Shown here: positions 11,900 through 20,449 of the stretch, piece after piece | How the letters are laid out: each line of letters starts with the position of its first letter | Numbering within the stretch: the first letter of the stretch is position 1 | From: Fistulifera solaris | Lineage: Eukaryota | DNA: 28,196 nucleotides | Direction of reading: 5' to 3' | Assembly: GCA_030295235.1 (NCBI GenBank) | Contig: AP026154.1 | Location: forward strand, 558,001 to 586,196 | Made by a program: the position numbers and the translations under genes | The notes under the pieces: model-generated | Told to the model about the DNA's origin: nothing | Databases searched by the model: none | The model's input: the letters and a program-made list of their open reading frames with translations, nothing else

Positions 11900-12541
11900 T
11901 TAGGAAGCAGTTATTTGCGTTTGTTCGACGCCTTGTGTGATTTCTGCCACAGAGGAAACCGGCTTTTTCCGATGCTTTCCGAAGTAGCAACGCATGTCGT
12001 ATGCATCTTCACCATCGGCATAATATCCTTTTTCAATATCATTCACCTCATACTGCAGTGTCTGAGAGTACAAATGAAATGCGGCCCGATTCGACTGGCG
12101 AACATGTAAGGAAACATATTCCGCTTGAAAGACGTGTTCCATTTCATACTGCGAACGTCGCATCAATGCCGTCGCAATCCCCCGTTTGCGGTGCGTCCGC
12201 AAAACGCTCAAACTGGTAATATGCCCGTGTTTACTGCTACTCTCTTCATTTTCTTCCATTTTCGCAAGAACGTAGCCCACAATCTTGCCGTCGAAATCTT
12301 CCGCGACCCACAACAATTGCGGCCAGCTCAGCAAGTGATAGAAATAGTATTTCATCTGTACGAAAGAACAAAAGAAGCAGGGAGTAAGTACGACAGTCGA
12401 CAATCATATCCAAAAAGCATCAATTAAATAATACTCCGTAATGTCAATTGCTCTCCTCACCTGATAATTCTCTGGCAAACACCACAAGTTTGTCGTTTGC
12501 ATTTGCAAGAGATCGTTGACAGTTGCTTGACGAATATTCAT
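11900..12541 (-). CDS. NAA10: N-alpha-acetyltransferase 10 (NatA catalytic subunit, ARD1); exons 12541-12461 and 12355-11900
   Basis: Exon 1 [27 protein letters not shown] joins exon 2 [14 protein letters not shown]...[18 protein letters not shown]...[11 protein letters not shown] across a GT-AG intron. Confidence 0.96.
12356..12460 (-). other. 105-nt spliceosomal intron of NAA10
   Basis: Donor CAG|GTGAGG and acceptor TACAG|ATG. Removing it restores the conserved LPENYQMKYY. Confidence 0.92.
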
Positions 12542-13053
12542 AGTTGCGCAAAGTAAGTTGTGAATGGAAGGCACGAAAGAGTTTACTTGATGTTGAAAAG
12601 AATATTTAGAATGCAAACAAGCAGTTAATTTAACTCAAAAGGATGATTAATAGGAAACGCAACATATATATATATATATAAGCAAGTGAAAAAAGATAAA
12701 TGCGCACATCATTGGGCACGAGCGGATGGCGGACAGGCATAATAGAAACGTCGATAATAAAACCTCAACCCTATTCATGCACTTTATTGATTATATTCCA
12801 ATAACTTATGGTTATGACTGCTTGAGCATCGAGGCAGTAGTAGTTGACGTAAGCGCGGGAAACGTTTTCTGTACTTATGCATCGAAGTGTAGGGACGACC
12901 ATTCGCCTTTGGGAAGGAACAATCCTCGTTGGAGACTGGTGACGGGTGACAGCAGTTGCGAAAACCCGAAGCCCAAAAGCTTTTTGTCATTCAACGTTTT
13001 CAGGCAGAAACAAACGCCCATTTTTCGAATAATTGACGAAAAAAAACACCACC

Positions 13054-13572
13054 ATGAAGACACCCACTGCATCTCTTGCCGCCAAACTCACGACTGTTCT
13101 AGCCGTGCAAGCATTTTGTGGTACGATCGGCTCCAGCTTGATTTCCTCCCGCTCTGTAGCAAGTGATGAGCGAGAAGGATTCTTCATTCCTTTCTTCAAC
13201 TTCTTCCGTCGCTCGAATCTTTTCACAAAACGCATCGACTCTGGTACAAATGCTACTTTCTACATTTCCCGCAACGAGTGGCAGTTGTTTGAAGTCTTCC
13301 AGGAACCCGAAACGATGTGCAGCTGCACGGCCACCTGCTTGGATCCAGCTAGTCGCATCGATTTTTACATGACGTACGACCCTCGTGTTCGATTCAACGA
13401 CAACTGGGATGGATGGGACTGCGAACAAACGTTGCCTTCTAACACGCAAAAATGTGAGGTGCCACCACCCGTTGCGGGGGATATCTGCTGGGTGGCGGTA
13501 CACGGTGACAAGATCAATCGCCCTCATCAAGCTTGTCAAATATCTTGCACAATCGATTCTCCTGACCGTTAA
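13054..13572 (+). CDS. Secreted Cys-rich PPC-like domain protein, paralogue 3 (most divergent)
   Basis: SRIDFYMTYDPRVRFNDNWDGWDCEQTLPSNTQKC...WVAVHGD with a divergent hydrophobic N-terminus. Confidence 0.82.
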   Translation: MKTPTASLAAKLTTVLAVQAFCGTIGSSLISSRSVASDEREGFFIPFFNFFRRSNLFTKRIDSGTNATFYISRNEWQLFEVFQEPETMCSCTATCLDPASRIDFYMTYDPRVRFNDNWDGWDCEQTLPSNTQKCEVPPPVAGDICWVAVHGDKINRPHQACQISCTIDSPDR

Positions 13573-13761
13573 GCACATTTTGTCTAAAAGTAAAAAGAGT
13601 GATTCTAAGCATGTTAAGAGTAACTTGCAACATACATTTTGAGTTCCTCCATGCATAGCACCATAATGAACGTATCACTTTCCGCTTAGCGTTAATGGTT
13701 CGTGCTACTAGGTGGTGGAGTATTTGTTTGATTTTCGGCGCTGAAAACCGGGAGAAAAGCC

Positions 13762-13771
13762 GAAAAAACCG
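13762..13771 (+). repeat. Left target-site duplication GAAAAAACCG
   Basis: An identical 10-mer lies at 18057-18066, immediately outside the opposite TIR. Confidence 0.85.
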
Positions 13772-14010
13772 GAGAAGTTGTTCCTAACCAGAGAAAAAAA
13801 AAATTTCGGGTCTATAACCAGCGAAACGTGTTTACAAATTAATTAGCTTAGCGCGCCATTATTACGTATCAGTAACTCACCCTCTACTAATCTACTAATC
13901 CAAAGGGTCTATAACCAGCTAAAACCAAATTACTTTGTTTTCCGTCAGGTATTCGTTACTTACCGTTATAGTTTTTCTAATTGTTTCTAGTTTTTTTGGC
14001 GCGAACCGAT
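13772..14010 (+). repeat. Left terminal inverted repeat of MULE
   Basis: GAGAAGTTGTTCCTAACCAGAG...GGCGCGAACCGAT is the reverse complement of 17827-18056, apart from a few substitutions or indels and an 8-bp TCTACTAA duplication. Confidence 0.95.
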
Positions 14011-14166
14011 TACTATGCCGGTTTAGCCCTGCGTACAGTGAGAACACACACAATGGCCACGGCCTCATCGGCCCCTCTCGCTCCTCACTTGCCACCAACA
14101 AAAACGGAGCAACACTATTGGTCTTGAAAACATTTATTGATTACAAACACAATATATCAACCCAAG

Positions 14167-15696
14167 ATGCATTTGCGTTCTAACAAGCGCACAAGCACTG
14201 ATGGAAGCAGCACCAATGCTCCTCCGACAAAAAGGATAAAACCAAAGAAACAAAACAGACCACAGTCTTTGTTGTCAGAAGAGGACACTGTTGCTGCTGC
14301 TGTGACTGCAGCACCCCAGAAAGGTGCTAATAAAGGTTTGAAATTATCGAAAGGAAAGAGGGTGGAAGAAGGTAGTGTCTATGTCCTGAACGAGAAAGAG
14401 TCAAAGACTTGTTTTGTGCACAGTTTGAATTGTCTTCCCACAAAGAAAGTAACTGGCACTGATCGGAAAATCCAGCATATCTTGCACAACTGTCCGCCAT
14501 TGGTTAACTTTTTTCAGAAAGTGTTTCCGAGCACCCAATATTAACCTCACGTCCCGGGAAGAAAGGAGCGCTGGCAATTCTGGAAGCAGCGGGATACAAT
14601 GCAGATGATATCAAACTGACGGATCAGGTGTACAAACGGTTGAAAAGATATTTCCGTAAGCTATTTCGAAAGAAATTTGCAACTACCACGAGTTGCTATT
14701 ACCGTTCTTGAAGAAGTATGTTGCATCAAATCCCAAAGCATCAGTTGTATTTGATGTCGATGACAACAATTGCTTCTATCGTTTGTTTGGCTCTTTACCT
14801 GATGCAGCAAGACTCTTTAAAGCATCATGTATTCCGGCATTGTTTTTGGATGGTACACACCACAAGGGCCAGAATGGGATGGGATTTGTATTCCCGTGGT
14901 TGGCCCTAACGGAAACGGAAGTACAGTGCACTTAGCGGCAGGTTGGGTTCCCAGCGAGAGTGCCGCTAGCTTGGTTTTTGTGCTGAAGTGCTTACATGAT
15001 TCTGGCTTTAATTTTGACGAGTTTCCCGTGTTCACAGATAGGAGCCACATCCGTACCGCCGTACAGATCCTACTGGATAAGTATGGAATTCTTGTTTCAT
15101 TGAAGTATTGTGTTGAACATATCTACCGCAATGTTTGTCATAGATTTGAGATCAGAAACAAGAGCGGAAGTGATGTAATCGTCGCGACAAACAATGACAC
15201 AAATGCAGAACGCTCCGAATATAGATACCTTCTTGGCAGCCTGCTCCAACTTTCGTAAGGTAGTTCCAAATCAGAGACAGGCAGAAAAGATCCTAAAATA
15301 TCTTCTTTCAAAAATACATCCTAGACACTGGACTGTTTTTGGGAATCGGGTTAACTACCCAGACAGCGAGTGGGAACCTCGTGCCGTGAAAAGGTACTTA
15401 AATTTTTTGGGACGTATAGTTGGATGAAACTTCAGGGTTGGAATGAATTTGTAAGTGTCAATCAATCAGATATCATCGACCCATCTCCTGCGTGTCGAAT
15501 TTGTCGTGGTGATTGTAGAAGATACCGTTCAAAAGGGGAACCCAATGGTGTAGGAAATACTGCACCCATTGTTTCATTGCAGGCTGAAGAAGAGAATCAA
15601 CCACGTGAGTTAACATTATTAGCGTCTCGTGGGATTACACCCTTTCGGAAGCAACATCCAAGCCAAACGTTAGCAAGAAGGAGGATAAGTGTCTAG
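14167..15696 (+). pseudogene. MULE transposase, frameshifted
   Basis: Consecutive frames give FYRLF...ALFLDGTHHKG / EWDGICIPVVGPNGNGSTVHLAAGWVPSES...VFTDRSH...CVEHIYRN / FLAAC...YLLSKIHPRHW. The boundaries are approximate. Confidence 0.85.
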
Positions 15697-17003
15697 GGGA
15701 TATCATGAAGAATGGTTTCTACAGCATGTCATCAGTACCGGATGCTTCTACAGTTCAGATTGTTGACAAATGCCTTCACCGAGTCAGAGATAACACACGA
15801 GTGAAGCCACGTTTATGCTCCGAGTGTTCTTCAAAAAGGCACAATATTAGGGCGGTGTGAGATGTATCTACGGTTTGGTAGGGAATACAGACCTCCGGGA
15901 GACATTCGCGTTGCTGAACGGCTTGTTGATCATGTATATAGAAGTGAAGAGTGTGAAGACATTTACAGAGATGAGACGAACTTCCTGCAGATGGCAATTT
16001 AACTTAAGGAGGAGCTAGAAGCGTGTGCTAATGAGTTCACCAGAGATGAATGAAGACTGGAGAGGGTTTGATGTTTCAAACATTGGGTTTGTAATAGGCC
16101 AAAGTGAGAATGTTCTGTCAGCGAGAGATTCTGACGATCTATCATTTGATTCAGGACTTTCTCCCATAAATGGAAATGAAGCTGGCAATGATGGTGATGA
16201 TGAAAGCACCGAGAGTTGCACGGACAGCATTTCTTCATCAAGTAAAGCAGCGATGTCAATAGGCAGAAGTAATGTTGTTATTGCTGCTAGTAGCAATGCT
16301 CATACACGCAATGTTCCTTCTATTGTGGAGATTTCCGAAAAGAGCGATAATGAAGAAGGCCAGAACGACGACGAATGCTCGGAGTCGGTGGCGATGGTGA
16401 TTGGGAAGACTATGAAAAGGAGCAACAATTCCTGAAAGAAAATGTTATCAATCCAAAGCAGTATCCAAGAAAAAAGAAAACGTCTTTGCTTTCATAAAGG
16501 TGCAGCGCACAAGATTGTTTACAGAAAATCTGATTACGAGTTCTTTTTCCGGAAATACGGGAAAACGTACATCAAGACCGAAGAGCAGCTAGCAAATCTT
16601 GTTAATGGACATGAGTTTACGTTCAGCACGGACGACAAGCACACTGACCGTGCCGACGATGAAACTATTTCGGACAACTCACATCATGAACCTGGATTCC
16701 AGAACAAGAAGTATTTGATTTTTTGAAAGGAAGGAGGCAAGCGAGTGTCGGTGAGAACTGGGAAATGAATAGGGATTACGGAAACAGTGTTGAAGCTGGT
16801 AGTGCTAATTTACAATTGAAGACTCCCCAAGAATGGGAAGTGATAATAGATGAGCTTCGCAACAGGTCGGTAACAGATCGGGAGGCCGAAGGAAGAAGAG
16901 AAGAGGAGGGTGGACACTTGCAGTTGGTTTTGGAAATAGGGAAGATGGTAAGGAGGTTAAAGTCGAGGCTAGACAGGCTTCAAAAGATTTAAAGAGATTA
17001 CTT

Positions 17004-17711
17004 ATGGTGGCAAAGAAAGGACCAATCCATATTTTAAAGTATGGAAAAAACAGCCTGTCGGCAGATTCTTTCGAAATTATTCAGAAAAGGGGAGGAAACT
17101 TCGGCTTGGTTTTCAGAACAAATAGTGAATGCTGTGATGTGGTGCTGGAGGCAAAAAATGACAACAAAGGAGGGGGTGTTCTTACATTCAAGTTTTGTAA
17201 TGCAAATGCTTATCAGCTTTGAAAAAAGACAAGCTATTCAGCCTTGATTGTTTGCTGGTAGCCTTCTCAAATATGAAGCCTGTGTGTAACCCAGGGTCCA
17301 CAGGGCTACATCTGTTTCCGACTTGTAACAATTTACATTGGTGGTTATTGATGGTTGATACAGAGGAGAAATGTATCTTTTCAATTGATTCCTACGACAA
17401 CGACTATGGATGGCACGCATCGTTACTCGCCCTCGCTCTTCAAAGTTTGGTTAGTAGGTGACAGCGAAACAATATCTGATATGAAGGACTGGCGATACAT
17501 TAAGCTACCTGTTCCAGAAAACTATAAACAACAAGATGGCTACAATTGTGGTCCCTTAACCTGCCTTTACGCGGCCAATGTTGCAAAGCACGGGAAATCA
17601 ACAATTGAAACAATGTATTATTTGGAAGGATACAGAGGGAACGCAGATAGCATAAGAATGTACAGTGCCGACTTACTTTTTCAGTTGGGAGACAAGCCTC
17701 CTGCTAACTAG
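17004..17711 (+). pseudogene. Ulp1-like (C48) SUMO peptidase inside the MULE, frameshifted
   Basis: Catalytic His and Asp in NLHWWLLMVD...SIDS, and the oxyanion Gln and catalytic Cys in QQDGYNCG. These are split across frames near 17450. Confidence 0.85.
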
Positions 17712-17826
17712 CAAGGTAAACAAATAATAACCCATTAAACTCATTGAGAGCAATAGAGAAACTAAAGTCAAATGCATTGTATTGTGACATGCAACATACA
17801 GTCACAATAACGGGCGTGTCCGTTGT

Positions 17827-18056
17827 ATCGGTTCGCGCCAAAAAAACTAGAAACAATTAGAAAAACTATAACGGTAAGTAACGAATACCTGACGGAAAAC
17901 AAAGTAATTTGGTTTTAGCTGGTTATAGACCCTTTGGATTAGTAGAGGGTGAGTTACTGATACGTAATAATGGCGCGCTAAGCTAATTAATTTGTAAACA
18001 CGTTTCGCTGGTTATAGACCCGAAAATTTTTTTTCTCTGGTTAGGAACAAATTCTT
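17827..18056 (-). repeat. Right terminal inverted repeat of MULE
   Basis: ATCGGTTCGCGCC...CTCTGGTTAGGAACAAATTCTT mirrors 13772-14010. Confidence 0.95.
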
Positions 18057-18066
18057 GAAAAAACCG
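18057..18066 (+). repeat. Right target-site duplication GAAAAAACCG
   Basis: Identical to 13762-13771. Confidence 0.85.
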
Positions 18067-18412
18067 ATCGAATTCGAAGTCTTCATATATAATCCGGAAA
18101 CGGTATCCAAACGTGATATACACAATAACTTGAACAGGCCAAAACGTGAAAACGTGAGACCACGCCAAATTGTCAACGCCTTGCCAATTTCACTATGGCT
18201 TGAGATGTGTTACGATAAAAAAATCTTATTGGCATTTATGGGTTACACATGTTTACACACGCGAGCCTCGATCTAGGCATAATGAGTACGTTTCGTGTGG
18301 AAAACGCTGTTCTTGACAATAACGCCGCACATCACGAAGCTGCAAAGATCGCGACGTATATTTCATCAGCGAAGATTAATCCTTTATATTGTTATCAACC
18401 CTCTTTACAGCC

Positions 18413-18913
18413 ATGAACATGAAGTTTTCTGTTGTTGCTACGAGCTTGAAAGTGACGGCCCTGTTGGTGTTCCTGGTGGCTATTGCCTCACAGAAACACG
18501 CCGTAACTTCTTTCGTCGGCGACCGTGCGACTTTCAAGACCACCATTGTCAGCTGCTTCAACCGTATTGGTGTTAAAGAACTTGATTCTGGCGGCGCCTC
18601 TGATTTCACGTTGAGCGAAAACGAATGGAAAGTCTTCAAAGTCTTCCAAGATGCCGATAACAATTGCGCATGCACCGTCACCTGCGAAGACGCCAACGCG
18701 CGTATCGACGTCTACATGACCTTCGAACGCGGTCCTCGCTTGAACGACAACTGGGATGGCTGGGCTTGCAAGCAAACTTTGGCCTTCAACACGCAAACTT
18801 GCACCGCCGATGTACCGGGCCCCGATTCAACGTGCCGTCTTGCCGTCCGTGGTGACACGTTCCCTCGCAATCATTCTCCGTGCTCGGTTACGTGCACCGT
18901 TGACACCGTTTAG
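18413..18913 (+). CDS. Secreted Cys-rich PPC-like domain protein, paralogue 4
   Basis: MNMKFSVVATSLKVTALLVFLVAIASQKHA signal region and ARIDVYMTFERGPRLNDNWDGWAC...NTQTC...LAVRGD. Confidence 0.85.
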   Translation: MNMKFSVVATSLKVTALLVFLVAIASQKHAVTSFVGDRATFKTTIVSCFNRIGVKELDSGGASDFTLSENEWKVFKVFQDADNNCACTVTCEDANARIDVYMTFERGPRLNDNWDGWACKQTLAFNTQTCTADVPGPDSTCRLAVRGDTFPRNHSPCSVTCTVDTV

Positions 18914-19618
18914 TGCTTCTAGTCCAATTTGATTGCATTATGATAACCTTTCGACAAGGGATGGATGCTTCTCTCGATGGAATAGATCGTTAACATTAGA
19001 ATAGGGATATAGACAATGACTCCTATTTTCATTTTTGGCATTCACCTACAGAACCTTTTCACTGATTTCTATTCATTTATCTATTTATATTGAACTTAGA
19101 CGTTTCGAGAAAGATTCGTTTGAAGTAGCGATGTGGAAAGGTATGTGACACGCCGTTCTAGCATTCCAACAGTCCTCTTATTTCAGTTCATTTTTGACCT
19201 CAGAACTCATTTATTACTTTGTTCCTTGTTTCTCATTAAAATCACCGCAATTCATTGGACCCCTAAGTTAAATTGAAAAATACACCATTTAGTTAGACGA
19301 ATGTAAGTTTTTCAATCGACAAATAATTGAGTCAAGGCGGGACTGAAATTGGTGTCCTTCACCATGCGCAGATAGCAGATACAAGTACTTGTACCTGGAA
19401 GGTGCGGGAAAAAGTGTACACTCACGTAGGCCCCCGTAGAGAAATGTACCAAGCAGAGGTGCGTTCCCGTGTCTCGCTGTACAAGTACCGGTACCGGTAC
19501 CGTCTTCCCAGGTACGTGCGCCGTTTGTCTCATTTTTTGGTTGGCAGTCCAACCAAAGGAGTATACTCCTCGTCAAAGCGTCTCTCACGCATTCATTCCT
19601 TCTCCATCAGTGAAAGTC

Positions 19619-20400
19619 ATGCGACGACGATCTCCTTTCTCACCGTCACTTGTCTTTCGAGTCCTTGCATCTTTTACACTATTTTTGGTGATAATAAGCA
19701 CCTGTCAAGGCTTTGCCTTATTAACATCAACAACAAACACATCATCGATTGTTCATGAAAAATCATCATCGGAAGGCGTTCGACTGAACGATCGTCGGCT
19801 TCTTTGCAAACAAGTTCCATACCGACACTAGTCGGTGTTCTAGCCATGATAACATCATCACCTAGTGAAGCTGCTCCAAATACCCGTGAGCTGGACTTTT
19901 GTTTGGTACAAACGGCACGGGCGACGGCTTGGGCCCAGCAGCTATCGCAGCAACTGAAACGATCGACAGAAGTAGCATCTCTACAGAAATCCGCCTATTT
20001 GGAAGCACGCTTAGGAGCGAAAGCACTTCTGACGGGACGCATCGGTGGCGGTGCGAATGCCGCTGTCTATCGTTTATCGACCTTACAATTCACCGGTTGT
20101 TGCAACGATTTAGTCGACTCCTATCAGGCGAATGCCCAACTATTGCAAACATGGCGTGAAGAATTTGCCGCTCTGGTGGAATTTGATGGCTTGGACAGTG
20201 TCCTGGATCCGTCTCCGCGATCCTCTTTGACATTGCAACAATACAATGAGAAAAAACGAACCTTTGTGCAACGTCAACTCGAAGAACGAATCGTTCCGAC
20301 GGGGATACGTGTGATGCAACTATTTCCAGAACGACAAGCACGGGTGCAACAGTATTTGCAAACATATTATGCGGATGAACTCCTCTTCATTCAGTCATAG
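19619..20400 (+). CDS. Probable thylakoid-lumen protein of unknown function, with one apparent frameshift near 19803
   Basis: Frame 1 from the ATG at 19619 has a signal peptide ending CQG-FA and runs to LNDRRLL. Adding one T joins it to LQTSSIPTLVGVLAMITSSPSEAA and the 198-aa frame, giving a twin-arginine Tat-type signal. Confidence 0.7.
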
Positions 20401-20449
20401 TTTTTCACGTCTACTAGTTTTTCAATTGCGAAATCCTGCTCAAATCGTA

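Larger units (their letters stand above)
13772..18056 (+). mobile_element. Mutator-like DNA transposon (MULE) carrying transposase and Ulp1 peptidase remnants
   Basis: Near-perfect TIRs of about 230 bp, a 10-bp TSD, MULE motifs (LFLDGTH, VFTDRS, CVEHIYRN) and a C48 peptidase motif. Confidence 0.93.

Noticed and set aside
12664..12680. Short (AT)n tract upstream of NAA10
   Set aside because: Ordinary microsatellite with no further structure.
18376..18855. Similar antisense and alternate-frame ORFs at each PPC-like paralogue (RLKQLT...ARS)
   Set aside because: Their similarity follows from DNA homology of the sense genes, with no independent evidence of coding.
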